From assembly GCA_023898365.1 (NCBI GenBank), contig CP060219.1, positions 133,743 through 197,742 on the forward strand: DNA of 64,000 bases, given 5' to 3'. Positions 47,301 through 56,989 of this stretch are shown piece by piece (position 1 is the stretch's first letter; each line of letters starts with the position of its first letter). Below the pieces are notes generated by a model. The model worked only from the letters and a program-made list of their open reading frames with translations. It ran no database searches and had not been told where the DNA came from. A program made the translations under genes and the position numbers. The DNA is from Candidatus Woesearchaeota archaeon (GTDB taxonomy: Archaea; Nanobdellota; Nanobdellia; Woesearchaeales; GCA-023898365).

Positions 47301-49019
47301 TCACCTGCCTACATGAGTTGGGTGTTCATGTCCTGCCTCTTTTCTTCGATTCAAATGCTCTAAATGCACCATCTTTTCTTTTATGAATTTGTTTATGTCG
47401 GTTTTGTTTTTTTCAATCATTGTTGAAAAATGTTTTCCACCTAAAAAATGAGGCATTAAAACATATGTTGCGCCTTCATCGTACAATCTAACAGCATCAT
47501 CTATCTGATGCGACACCACTGCTATAATTGCTTTTTTATTATCCTCTTTAACTTTGTTTATTAATAACATGTTAGTGTCAATGAGAGGTATTGTCGAGAC
47601 AACCATTTTTGCCTTAGAAAAGTTAACCTCATTTAGAAATTCAGAATCTTCTGCATCCCCATATCTGCAATCGTATCCTTCTTTGAATAATTTTGTAATG
47701 ACTTCAGGATCATAATCAATAATGAGAAATTTCTTCTTTATTTTTTTTAGAGATTCCAAAATGTCGAACCCGATTCTATTATAACCAACAAGAATAATCT
47801 CATGATCGTCTTTCTCATGATACTTATGCTCATCAACTTTTCTTCCTTTTTTTTCAAATATGCTTAAATAATTTGATAGTGCTGGATAAAGTTTGTTGGC
47901 ATACAAGATCATATACGTCGATCCTGCAAACGTTATTAAACCTACTGCAGTGACTAAGGACAAGATTTCATTACTCACGTGACCTACTGAAACTCCTAAA
48001 GCAACAACAATCAAGGAGAATTCGCTTATTTGTGCAACTGTAAGTCCTGCTAAAAAACTGTTTCTCTTAGTATAACCCAAGAATCCCATAAGAGTCATTA
48101 CAATAATTGGATTGCCGATCATCACAAACAGAGAGAAAATCATGATAATGCCAATATTGTGATATAAATTTGAGAATGTCATTTGTGAGCCCAGCACAAT
48201 GAAAAATAGAACCAAGAAAAAATCCCTTAAAGGTTTCATTTTTGAACTTATCTCGAAATGATAAGGAGATACAGAAAGGGTCATTCCAGCAAGCAGCGCT
48301 CCCGCCTCAATAGAAAAATTGAGGTAGTGGAAAATTGTTGCAATGGCAAAACACCAACTAATTGAGAATAATAGTAAGAATTCTTGAGATTTGGCAATAA
48401 TCTTAATTACAGGCGGCATGATATACTTAGTGAAAATGAACAACAACAGCATTGCCCCCATACCTTTCAAAAAAGATCCTAGAGCTAAAGAAGTTAAACT
48501 AGAACCGTTACTAAGAGAAGAAATAACTAATAGAATCCCTATTGCTATGAAATCTTGCACAATCAAAAATCCTATAGCTATTCTCCCATATAATGATTCT
48601 AGGTCTTTCTTATCAGACAGCAGCTTCATGATAATAATCGTGCTGCTAAAAGTAAGTGCGATCGCAACATATACTGAAACCAGAGTGGATAGTCCTAATG
48701 CTTTTGAGATCAAAAACCCAACTGACGCAGTAAATACTACTTGGCCAATTCCTGTGATAAGGGATATTTTTCCAACATCTTTTATCACTTTTGGATTTAA
48801 ATTTAAACCCACAAAAAATAATAGCAGTGCAACTCCTATCTGAGAAAAAGCAGTCAGCGTATCAGAAGAATCAATTATGTTTAAGACAAAAGGACCAACA
48901 ATGATGCCGCTCAAGATGTACCCTATTATTGCTGGCTGCTTCAGAAGTCTTACAAAACCAGTAATAGCTACTGTTATAACAAGTATTTTGCTTAACTCAA
49001 CAAATATATCTGAACTCAT
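47301..49019 (-). CDS. Monovalent cation:proton antiporter (CPA2/Kef-type) with C-terminal TrkA-N (RCK) domain
   Basis: The N-terminal ~400 aa carry 12-13 TM segments. The Rossmann-type motif EIILVGYNRIGFDILESL follows. Confidence 0.8.
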   Translation of the reverse strand: MSSDIFVELSKILVITVAITGFVRLLKQPAIIGYILSGIIVGPFVLNIIDSSDTLTAFSQIGVALLLFFVGLNLNPKVIKDVGKISLITGIGQVVFTASVGFLISKALGLSTLVSVYVAIALTFSSTIIIMKLLSDKKDLESLYGRIAIGFLIVQDFIAIGILLVISSLSNGSSLTSLALGSFLKGMGAMLLLFIFTKYIMPPVIKIIAKSQEFLLLFSISWCFAIATIFHYLNFSIEAGALLAGMTLSVSPYHFEISSKMKPLRDFFLVLFFIVLGSQMTFSNLYHNIGIIMIFSLFVMIGNPIIVMTLMGFLGYTKRNSFLAGLTVAQISEFSLIVVALGVSVGHVSNEILSLVTAVGLITFAGSTYMILYANKLYPALSNYLSIFEKKGRKVDEHKYHEKDDHEIILVGYNRIGFDILESLKKIKKKFLIIDYDPEVITKLFKEGYDCRYGDAEDSEFLNEVNFSKAKMVVSTIPLIDTNMLLINKVKEDNKKAIIAVVSHQIDDAVRLYDEGATYVLMPHFLGGKHFSTMIEKNKTDINKFIKEKMVHLEHLNRRKEAGHEHPTHVGR

Positions 49020-49027
49020 TTTATTGA

Positions 49028-49525
49028 TTAATAGTCTTTTAACAATTTTATAATACTGCTTGGAGTGACAACACCAATTACCTTGTCGTTTTCATTGAGA
49101 ACAGGAACATATTCAAATCCTTTTTTCCCCACTAATTTTATCACTTTATTGATTGGAGTGTCAGCTCTGACAAATGATTTGTGCTTATTTATCATACTTA
49201 TAGCTGATTTGTGGAGAAATTCTCTTCTATACCCAATGTTAAGTAGTTGAACAAGTGGTTCGTATTTAACTTGCTGCAAAAAGAGCCTAACAATATCATT
49301 ATCACTAATTTCTCCTAAAAACTTTTTTTCTTTTGTCACAACAATACATGCATTCACGTGCTCTTTCTCCAGTTTTTTCAGTATCTTCTTCACCGTATCA
49401 TCGGGATACAATAATACTGGCTTAACCATTGCATCTTTCGCACATAATTGCTTAACTTCTAATTCGCTACGCAACCTTTCTGCATGTTCTCTTCTTTTGA
49501 CTTGAAAATCCGTTAACTCACTCAT
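49028..49525 (-). CDS. CBS-domain pair protein
   Basis: Two CBS-like repeats are present (…NACIVVTKEKKFLGEISDNDIV… and …VPVLNENDKVIGVVTPSSIIK…). The start overlaps the ATPase gene stop. Confidence 0.7.
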   Translation of the reverse strand: MSELTDFQVKRREHAERLRSELEVKQLCAKDAMVKPVLLYPDDTVKKILKKLEKEHVNACIVVTKEKKFLGEISDNDIVRLFLQQVKYEPLVQLLNIGYRREFLHKSAISMINKHKSFVRADTPINKVIKLVGKKGFEYVPVLNENDKVIGVVTPSSIIKLLKDY

Positions 49526-52209
49526 TGAACATACCTCCTTCCAAACATATTTGATTTCATCAACAACTTACTCAATTCCATAAATAGTAAACCAAATAAT
49601 GAAACAAGCAGTATGATTAGCCAATCACCCCAGAGCAAAGGAACAGTGCCAAATATTGCTTGCAAAGGAACCCAGTAAATAACAGCCAAATGAACCATTA
49701 CTGAAAGACAAACAGCCCCAAACAGCAGTTTGTTTGAAAAAGGATTTAATTTCGCCAAAGAAGGCGACAATGATCTGCTACTCATTACAGCAAACATCTG
49801 AATCATAACTAACGCAGTAAATGCTACTGTTTGCGCTTTAACTAAACTGACATCTTTGTATAAAACAAATAAGAATAATGTGCCAAGACCCATTATAAGA
49901 CCTATTATGATAATAGAAGCAAAAAGTTTATTTGAAATAGGTTTTTCATCGGGATCTCTTGGCTGCCGCTTCATAATCCCCTCTTCGGCAGCTTCAAACC
50001 CCAAACCCAAAGCTGGAGATGTATCCGTAAGCATGTTTATCAGGAGGATTTGAAGCGGCAGTAATGGCAATGGAAAATTAAGAAGAATAGCAGTAAGTAT
50101 AGTAATAATTTCTCCTGTGTTGCACGACAAAAGATATTTTGCAGATTTAATCATTTTGTCATAAATATTTCTTCCTTCCTTAATTGCACTAACAATCGAT
50201 GCAAAATTATCATCAGTCAGAATAGCTTTTGAAACTTCTTTGGCGACATCAGTTCCGGTAATACCCATTGCAATCCCTATGTCTGCTTTTTTAAGAGCGG
50301 GAGCATCGTTAACTCCATCTCCAGTCATGGCAACAATATGACCTTTATTCTGTAATACATTGACGATTCTAAGTTTATGAATGGGCATCGCACGAGCAAT
50401 TATTCTCACATCATCAATAATTTTCTCGAGCTCAAAATCGCTCATTTTTTCGACATCTTCACCAGATAATATCAAATCCCCTTTCCTAAATAACCCAATT
50501 TGCTCTGCTACTGCTTTTGTTGTTATTGCCTGATCCCCTGTTATGATCATAACTTTTATTCCAGCATCCTGACATTGTTCAACTGCTAGCCTAACTTCAT
50601 CTCTTGCAGGATCGATCATTCCGGCAAGACCAACAAAAACAAGGTTATTCTCCACGTTGCTTATCATATACTTTTTAGAATGAGGAAGTTCTCGGTAGGC
50701 CAATGCGAGAACTCGCAGGGCTTTTTTTGCATAGTTACGATTCACATCTAAAATTTTTTTTCTATCTTCTTTTGTGAGCTTTCTTATTACCCCATTTTCA
50801 AATATTTTATCGCATCTGTCAAGTAATAGATCGGGGGCGCCTTTAACATATGCTTCTGCCTTTTTACTAATATTGTTCTTAAAAATAACCGACATTCGTT
50901 TTCTGTCAGAATCAAAAGGTAATTCTTCAATGAAAGTAAATTTCTTCTGCAATTGTTTGTCATCAAGACATCCTTTTTTACCAAGAACTATCAAAGATCC
51001 TTCTGTCGGATCTCCTAAAATTTCACTTTTTTTTCCGTTCCTCACTAGTTTGGCATTGTTGCACATATACCCTATTCTGAAGAATAATTCTAATTTTTTA
51101 GGATTGATCTGTTTTTTTCCTTCGAAAAAATTCCCTTCAGGATTGTAGCCAGTTCCACTGACAGTAATAGTTCTATTACTGCAAAACAAGCTGGTAATAG
51201 TCATTTGATTTTTTGTTATCGTCCCAGTTTTATCACTGCATATAATCGTAGAAGCACCTAAGCTTTCCGCTGCGGGAAGCTTTTTAATTAGCATTTTCTT
51301 TTTTGCGAGGTCTTTTGCTCCTTTTGATAATCCAACAGTCACAATTACTGGAAGAGCGCTTGGAATTGTTGCTACAGCAAGAACTAGCGCGAACAAAAGC
51401 ATTTTTCCAAATGTTAGCGTGCCTTGTAATGTTCCAGAGATCAGTACAATGATAATTAAAATAACTGCGGCAATCCCTATTTGCTTTGCCAGTCTTTCAA
51501 ATTTAGCCTGAAGCGGAGTGATAGTTTCTTTTGTTGTTTGCAGCGAAGCAGCAATTTTACCAAATTCTGTTTTTATTCCAGTATTAGTAACAATACTTTT
51601 TCCTTTCCCATAGGTAACAGTGCAACCCATGAAAGCCATGTTTTCTTGATCTGATATGGAAATGCCAGCTTTGAATGGTTCTATTGTTTTCTTTGAAGGG
51701 ACGGATTCTCCTGTTAAGGATGCTTCATCAATTTGCAGGCTCGATATATCTAATAATCTTGAATCTGCCGGAACAATATCCCCTGCTTCAAGTAATAGAA
51801 TGTCACCTGGAACTACTTCTTTTGCAGGAATTTTTTGTTCTTCTCCACTTCGTAGGACTCTTGCTGTTGGAGAGGAAAGTTTCTCTAATGCTTCTATTGC
51901 TTTTTCAGCTTTATATTCTTGATAAAAGCCAAGCAAAGCATTTAGAATTACTATTGCAAAAATTGCTATTGATTCAACCAATTCGCCAAGGAAAAAAGAT
52001 ATGATGCCTGCAAGAATAAGCAGAAGGATAAGAGGATTTTTGAATTGACCGATGAAAATGTTCAGCAATCTAAACTTTTTTTCTTTAGGCAGTTCATTAT
52101 AACCAAATTCTTCCAATCTTTTTTGGGCTTCTTTTTTAGTCAAACCATACTCTGAGCTGTTCAACAACCTAATTGATTCCTTTGAACTAACAGCATAATA
52201 GTCGTTCAT
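49522..52209 (-). CDS. P-type ATPase, P2 (Ca2+/cation-transporting) family
   Basis: The phosphorylation motif DKTGTITKN, the TGES-like region, the hinge TGDGVNDAPALKKADIGIAMG and 10 TM segments are present. Confidence 0.9.
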   Translation of the reverse strand: MNDYYAVSSKESIRLLNSSEYGLTKKEAQKRLEEFGYNELPKEKKFRLLNIFIGQFKNPLILLLILAGIISFFLGELVESIAIFAIVILNALLGFYQEYKAEKAIEALEKLSSPTARVLRSGEEQKIPAKEVVPGDILLLEAGDIVPADSRLLDISSLQIDEASLTGESVPSKKTIEPFKAGISISDQENMAFMGCTVTYGKGKSIVTNTGIKTEFGKIAASLQTTKETITPLQAKFERLAKQIGIAAVILIIIVLISGTLQGTLTFGKMLLFALVLAVATIPSALPVIVTVGLSKGAKDLAKKKMLIKKLPAAESLGASTIICSDKTGTITKNQMTITSLFCSNRTITVSGTGYNPEGNFFEGKKQINPKKLELFFRIGYMCNNAKLVRNGKKSEILGDPTEGSLIVLGKKGCLDDKQLQKKFTFIEELPFDSDRKRMSVIFKNNISKKAEAYVKGAPDLLLDRCDKIFENGVIRKLTKEDRKKILDVNRNYAKKALRVLALAYRELPHSKKYMISNVENNLVFVGLAGMIDPARDEVRLAVEQCQDAGIKVMIITGDQAITTKAVAEQIGLFRKGDLILSGEDVEKMSDFELEKIIDDVRIIARAMPIHKLRIVNVLQNKGHIVAMTGDGVNDAPALKKADIGIAMGITGTDVAKEVSKAILTDDNFASIVSAIKEGRNIYDKMIKSAKYLLSCNTGEIITILTAILLNFPLPLLPLQILLINMLTDTSPALGLGFEAAEEGIMKRQPRDPDEKPISNKLFASIIIIGLIMGLGTLFLFVLYKDVSLVKAQTVAFTALVMIQMFAVMSSRSLSPSLAKLNPFSNKLLFGAVCLSVMVHLAVIYWVPLQAIFGTVPLLWGDWLIILLVSLFGLLFMELSKLLMKSNMFGRRYVQ

Positions 52210-52454
52210 CTATTTCGGCCCCACTTATCATTTAATAATAATCCTGTAAACGCAAAATAGATTGAGAGAATAAAAAATATGAGACCAGTTCCTAAATACA
52301 CCGTATACTGCTTTAATTGCCCAGGATATAGAGTTGACCAAATAATAACACCCGAGTAAACAATAATATAAATAACCGAAAAAATACCTAGAGGGCGTTC
52401 TATGTATCTTACTTTCATCCAAAAGGAATATCTTTCCATTTCTTCTTTTTTCAA
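52206..52454 (-). CDS. Small two-TM membrane protein upstream of the P-type ATPase
   Basis: The 82-aa protein is hydrophobic. It makes a 4-nt overlap with the ATPase gene. Confidence 0.4.
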   Translation of the reverse strand: MKKEEMERYSFWMKVRYIERPLGIFSVIYIIVYSGVIIWSTLYPGQLKQYTVYLGTGLIFFILSIYFAFTGLLLNDKWGRNR

Positions 52455-52531
52455 ATGGCGTTATGACATAATAGACCTTTTTAAAGAAGAAACCAAAAGT
52501 AAGTAAAAAAAAGGAAAAAAGAAGGAAAAAA

Positions 52532-53005
52532 TCACTTAAATAGGGAATTGCCGAGCGTCGTTAATTTAAGATATTTGTTATTACCTTTTTCTTCAAAAGA
52601 AACATAATTCATTTCGATTAAGAAATCAATTCTTTTTTTTATAGTAGGTTTTGTAATTTTTAATTTTTTTCTTAATTTTGACTGATTAATCAAAATTCCT
52701 TTTTTATTCTCATCATCAATCATTTGCATGATTTTCATCAATTCTTCCGGCATAAGCTTATTTATTCTTCTTTTGTAATATCCTAAGAATGCTTTTGCCA
52801 CAATTATAAATAAGGTAAGAAAGAGCATTAATTGAATTATGGAATGTACAACTGAACTACCTAATAAGTGATCGAAGATGTCATCCACTATTTCAGTGAT
52901 AATAAAAAGCGTAAAAAGCACAATAAAAAGATTCCTATCCTGCCGATTATAACTGATCATTTTTTCTCCAACGCACTTCGAGTAACTTCTTTGACAGATT
53001 CTCAC
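52532..53005 (-). CDS. Membrane-anchored winged-helix regulator (2 TM + C-terminal wHTH)
   Basis: The N-terminal TMs are LFIVLFTLFIITEIV and IIQLMLFLTLFIIV. The C-terminal segment is LRKKLKITKPTIKKRIDFLIEMNYVSFEEKGNNKYLKLTTLG. Confidence 0.5.
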   Translation of the reverse strand: MRICQRSYSKCVGEKMISYNRQDRNLFIVLFTLFIITEIVDDIFDHLLGSSVVHSIIQLMLFLTLFIIVAKAFLGYYKRRINKLMPEELMKIMQMIDDENKKGILINQSKLRKKLKITKPTIKKRIDFLIEMNYVSFEEKGNNKYLKLTTLGNSLFK

Positions 53006-53146
53006 ATAAGAATTTGCCTCAATAAACTTTGAAAAATGTCCCTCTATCGTATCATGATCTTGTAAGCTTTCTTTTGCTCATCGATCAGTATTCATACAAA
53101 AAGCTCCAAAAGCATCAGGATTTAAACATGTTTGCATGTAAAGCAA

Positions 53147-53914
53147 TTAATCATTATCCACTCGTGGTGCGAGGACAAAGCTTAACTCTAATTTGTTGAG
53201 TTGTTTGTACTCGATGTTGAGCGGGTAATCATCTGAGAATTTGAGCGTCATTTTATCTGCAAGTTTGCTTCCTTGCATGATTTTCTTTAAGTACTCAATG
53301 GAGTATTTTGATTTTGCTTCTTTTTCTACCACTATTTTTGTGGTGTCGTCGCCTTCCATTTCAACGTCCGCTTTTGTGAGGTCGTTTTGGGATGCGATGA
53401 TGAATTTGTTCTTTTCTGTTTGTAAGGTGACTGATTCACCAACAATATCCATATCATCAATTGCTTCTGCGAAGCTTGAGGAAAGGGTTACTATAGTTGA
53501 AGAAAAGGTTAGTCCTGGAACGCGTTGTTCTTGTTCGTCCATTTCTAAGAGTGGTAATTGGAAGGATCTCTTTGTTTTTGCTTTTAAGGTAATGTGAAGT
53601 TTTGAATCCTTAAGTTCGAGTGTGAGCGTGTCGTTTGGTCCTGCTCGTCTAAGAACTTGTTTGAGATTGTTCAGATTAATCGCGATTGTTTGCGGTTCTT
53701 TTATGTCATATTCGACAAAACAGGAAGATAGAAGCTTGAAAATGACCATGGCAACGTTTGCTGGGTCAATTGCGACGAGTTCCAAGCCATCGCTTGTGAA
53801 CTTCATGGAAGTTTCAGTGACAAGATCAGAAATTATGGTAATTGAATCTTTGAGCAATCTTGGTTCAGATAGTGTTAGTCTCATTTTCTCCTCCCAGTAT
53901 AAGAAAAAGATCAC
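53147..53914 (-). CDS. pcn: DNA polymerase sliding clamp PCNA (probable start at MRLTL, 53884)
   Basis: The protein is about 245 aa. The N-terminus ...SDLVTETSMKFTSDGLELVAIDPANVAMVIFKL aligns with archaeal PCNA (…EAAFKVTEDGISMRAMDPSRVVLIDL…). Confidence 0.8.
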   Translation of the reverse strand: MIFFLYWEEKMRLTLSEPRLLKDSITIISDLVTETSMKFTSDGLELVAIDPANVAMVIFKLLSSCFVEYDIKEPQTIAINLNNLKQVLRRAGPNDTLTLELKDSKLHITLKAKTKRSFQLPLLEMDEQEQRVPGLTFSSTIVTLSSSFAEAIDDMDIVGESVTLQTEKNKFIIASQNDLTKADVEMEGDDTTKIVVEKEAKSKYSIEYLKKIMQGSKLADKMTLKFSDDYPLNIEYKQLNKLELSFVLAPRVDND

Positions 53915-53960
53915 GTTCTCTTTATATATTTTTTACTTTTCAAGAGTATATAAAGGATGC

Positions 53961-55214
53961 CTATGGCCAGACGAAAACATCTCCGTTTTCAAGAATGCGT
54001 GCTTGTGCACCGTGTTGTTCTGCAAGGAGTTTCACGGAATTGTTTAATTCTGGCGTGCCATGTGTTGGCAGGACCAATTTTGGCTGTGCAAGCGTAAGAA
54101 GTTTCTCCCTATCAGGCCTTGTTGCGTGTCCCGAGGTGTGAATTTCTTTTGTGACGTTCGTGTTCCGTTCTTCAAGGAGAGCTTCAAGTGCTCGGCGATT
54201 CTCTTCATTTTCTGGTGTTGGTATGACTCTGCAACTAAAGATGACTTCGTCACCTTTCTTAAAGTTGTAAAGGCCCTTTCTGACCATACGCGAAAGAACT
54301 GCTGAAGGCTCAGCTTGATGGCCAGTGACAAGAAGGACGTGCTGCGAGGGATCAACAAGTGATGCAAGAAAATTTTCGATCTTCTTTGGACGTTTAAGCA
54401 CCCGAACGTCTTCAAAATCAATACCTATCTCTTCGGCTGCTTTCACATACTTGTGCAAAGAATTGCCAAGGAGGGTGATTGTTCGACCAGAACGCTTTGC
54501 GCAATCTATAATGGTCTTGATTCGGGAAATATGTGATGCGAAAGTCGTAACGACAACCAAACCTTTTTGTTTGGTAATTTTTCGAAGCAAAGAACACATA
54601 TCCCGCGCAACCGACTGTTCTGTAGGATTCGTTGTCATCACTTCATTATTCAAACTGTTCAAAATAAGAATATCTGGCTTTGCAGCGACAATCCCTTCAT
54701 AATCAGGAGGTTCGCCAAGTGTTGGGGCATCATCTAAACGAAAATCATTCGCGTAAAGAATTCTTGCTGTTTTGGTTTTGACAAGAATAAGTGCGCTTTG
54801 GATCGTAGAATGTGTCACATGAATAAATTTTACTTGAATATTCCCGACCTTGATGTTGCGCTCGAAAGACACAGGTTTAAGATTGAGCTTCTTATTATAC
54901 TGTCGGATAACTGCCAAAGAAAAAGGCGTACCATACACGGGAAAAGGAAGGTGTTTGTAAAATTGCAACGCGCCCAAATGATCAAGATGCGCGTGAGAGA
55001 TAAACAAGGCCTTAACCTTTTTTTTCACATCCGTAATATTAGGGATTGCTCCAATACTGCGCAACGCCTTCAAACTCATTTCGGGAAGCGCATTCTTGCT
55101 GAAACGATCGACATGAAGACCAAGATCGAGTAAGAGACCATCACTTCCTTCTTCAATGTACGTGCAATTCCTACCTATCTCGCCATAACCACCCAAAGGA
55201 ATAATTTTTACCAT
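53961..55214 (-). CDS. Archaeal RNase J-like beta-CASP ribonuclease
   Basis: The N-terminus IIPLGGYGEIGRNCTYIEEGSDGLLLDLG matches RNase J, and the HxHxDH metallo-beta-lactamase motif ISHAHLDHLG is present. The protein is 417 aa. Confidence 0.7.
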   Translation of the reverse strand: MVKIIPLGGYGEIGRNCTYIEEGSDGLLLDLGLHVDRFSKNALPEMSLKALRSIGAIPNITDVKKKVKALFISHAHLDHLGALQFYKHLPFPVYGTPFSLAVIRQYNKKLNLKPVSFERNIKVGNIQVKFIHVTHSTIQSALILVKTKTARILYANDFRLDDAPTLGEPPDYEGIVAAKPDILILNSLNNEVMTTNPTEQSVARDMCSLLRKITKQKGLVVVTTFASHISRIKTIIDCAKRSGRTITLLGNSLHKYVKAAEEIGIDFEDVRVLKRPKKIENFLASLVDPSQHVLLVTGHQAEPSAVLSRMVRKGLYNFKKGDEVIFSCRVIPTPENEENRRALEALLEERNTNVTKEIHTSGHATRPDREKLLTLAQPKLVLPTHGTPELNNSVKLLAEQHGAQARILENGDVFVWP

Positions 55215-55309
55215 TCGTTCAAACCGGTATCGATAAGGGGCTTCAATTGAAATAGTTAACGATTCTTAGTGCCGACTAGTAAAGAACACAAAGCAACATA
55301 ATAAGGTAA

Positions 55310-55774
55310 TTACTCGCCTACCTCAATGTAAAAAGAAGGTCTCCAGATATGAACACGAGATTCTGATTGCTCACTAAGTTTTTGCGCGTCAGCATAAAAA
55401 ATTATCTTATGATAAGTATACTCAAGAGGTTTAGGATCATCAACACCTGAAAGTTGCACATCAAGACTGATCGAGTCTCCAGAGCCAAGATTATACCCGC
55501 CAAGACGTTTCAGAATGATGCCATCCTGATCAGTATACTCAAAATTGCTCACTTCATGATCAATTACAAAAGAATTATCCTCGCCATTTCCATTACTAGA
55601 TGACTTAGCTACGTGATACCAGACCTTCTGGCCGACAACAGGTTCTGCATTGTACAAAACACGCACATCCAACATGACATCAACAGGAATTACTCTTGAA
55701 TCAAGAAAACAACCAGAAAGAAAAAAACTACCCAAGAGCAAAAACAAAAGAATGAAAGCAGGAGTGAATTTCAC
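55310..55774 (-). CDS. Putative lipoprotein / secreted protein, 154 aa
   Basis: The signal has a lipobox-like LSGC (MKFTPAFILLFLLLGSFFLSGCF). Confidence 0.5.
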   Translation of the reverse strand: MKFTPAFILLFLLLGSFFLSGCFLDSRVIPVDVMLDVRVLYNAEPVVGQKVWYHVAKSSSNGNGEDNSFVIDHEVSNFEYTDQDGIILKRLGGYNLGSGDSISLDVQLSGVDDPKPLEYTYHKIIFYADAQKLSEQSESRVHIWRPSFYIEVGE

Positions 55775-55961
55775 ACCTTACCATATTCGTAACCATATAA
55801 ATAAGTTTCGATAAAAGAAGCTTTGAAAGAGAAAAAAAGAACAACAATCAAAGATGAGATTTCATGAAGGCAACCATGTCGTTTTCTGCCATGTTTACTA
55901 CCTCGTAAAGCACGGTTTTATTTAAACATCGGTCAGACAGCGCATTAGAATGTAATAAAAG

Positions 55962-56127
55962 TGCGGAGGAAAGTAACTTCATTAGCATTCAGGACCTTCC
56001 TGAGAAACACACAAGAAAAATAAATGCGGGGGAAGGTAACTTCATTAGCATTCAGGACCTTCCTGAGAAACAAACAAGAAAAATAAATGCGGGGGAAGGT
56101 AACTTCATTAGCATTCAGGACCTTCCC
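55962..56127 (+). repeat. 63-bp direct tandem repeat, ~2.6 copies, each unit beginning with a copy of the tRNA-Leu 3'-end (tgcgggggaagg)
   Basis: Unit starts are at 55962, 56025 and 56088. Copies 2 and 3 are identical (tgcgggggaaggtaacttcattagcattcaggaccttcc...). Copy 1 is degenerate. Each unit contains the palindrome caggaccttcctg. Confidence 0.8.
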
Positions 56128-56175
56128 ACAATTGAGAAAATCCTAAAAACCAACGAAGCCCTTCAATCCGCATGA

Positions 56176-56312
56176 TGCGGGGGAAGGGATTCGAACCCTC
56201 GAACCTACTTAAGGACTAGATTCCTCAAAGGCGCAAACGATCCAAATGATAGTTTGCCTGCGTAAGCAGTTTCTTGAGTCTAGCGCATTTGACCAGACTT
56301 TGCTACCCCCGC
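56176..56312 (-). tRNA. tRNA-Leu(CAA) with 51-nt intron after position 37/38
   Basis: The reverse complement gives acceptor GCGGGGG/CCCCCGC with discriminator A. The D-arm is GCAA...AUGC. The anticodon stem CUAGA/UCUAG carries loop CUCAAGA, giving anticodon CAA. A 51-nt insert lies between the loop and the 3' stem strand. A long variable arm, the T-stem GAGGG/CCCUU and the loop UUCGAAU follow. No CCA is encoded. Confidence 0.7.
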
Positions 56313-56372
56313 GCTAAGGAGAAGAAAACCTAGCTGGTTTTTTAAATGTGATGGTAAGAAAGAGAAAAAGAA

Positions 56373-56732
56373 TCAGAGATTTTTCAGTTTTTCATCAATC
56401 TCGGCAAGCGTTGCCTTTATCATTTCATAGTCTTCGCTTGGTCCTTTTTTGACAGCTAACTGTTTGGATTGTGCTGGCGCTAACTGTTTTTTCGCAGTTA
56501 CTGGTTTCTTTTCTCGTTTAATGCTTTTTTCTGGAAGCAATCCATCAAGTTTTTGCACAAGAAGAGTGAGCTCTTTGAGTTGCCCTTTCAAGTTCGAGAT
56601 TTGCAAAATTTTTTCTTTTCGCAAATTAAGTACTTTAACGTATCGCTGCATGTCTGAAAGAACAAGTTTTGATGTTTCTAAGGTTCGTCTGCGAAAAGAA
56701 TCCTTGTCCGCAATCGTTTTGTAGAGAGTCAT
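56373..56732 (-). CDS. Coiled-coil hypothetical protein, 119 aa
   Basis: The sequence is a helical, K/L/E-rich ORF. It makes a 4-nt overlap with the upstream gene. Confidence 0.4.
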   Translation of the reverse strand: MTLYKTIADKDSFRRRTLETSKLVLSDMQRYVKVLNLRKEKILQISNLKGQLKELTLLVQKLDGLLPEKSIKREKKPVTAKKQLAPAQSKQLAVKKGPSEDYEMIKATLAEIDEKLKNL

Positions 56733-56989
56733 TTTTGTCCAGTTGAGAGCGCGTCATGGAGCGCTTGAATGCGTTCTTCAACAGTGCTAATATTTTCTGT
56801 CCAATTGTCCAGTTCGTCGTCTTCTTGACGTTTAAGGTCATTGATTGATTTGAGCGTTAGTTTTGCTTCGTTTACTTTTTCTTTAAGCACTGCTAGGATG
56901 CCAAGCACCTCTTTGTATTCATCTATTTTGATAAACGTTGGATTTTCCATAGTTTTAACCTCGTTCAAACAAGCGGCTATCAATTGCAA
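56729..56989 (-). CDS. Small helical hypothetical protein, 86 aa
   Basis: It is an overlapping operon member. No motif was recognised. Confidence 0.4.
   Translation of the reverse strand: MQLIAACLNEVKTMENPTFIKIDEYKEVLGILAVLKEKVNEAKLTLKSINDLKRQEDDELDNWTENISTVEERIQALHDALSTGQK

Noticed and set aside
55962-56127. Possibility that the 63-bp repeats are a CRISPR array
   Set aside because: The inter-repeat segments are themselves near-identical (tgagaaacacacaagaaaaataaa versus tgagaaacaaacaagaaaaataaa), so there are no unique spacers. The unit is a simple 63-bp tandem duplication and no cas genes are nearby.
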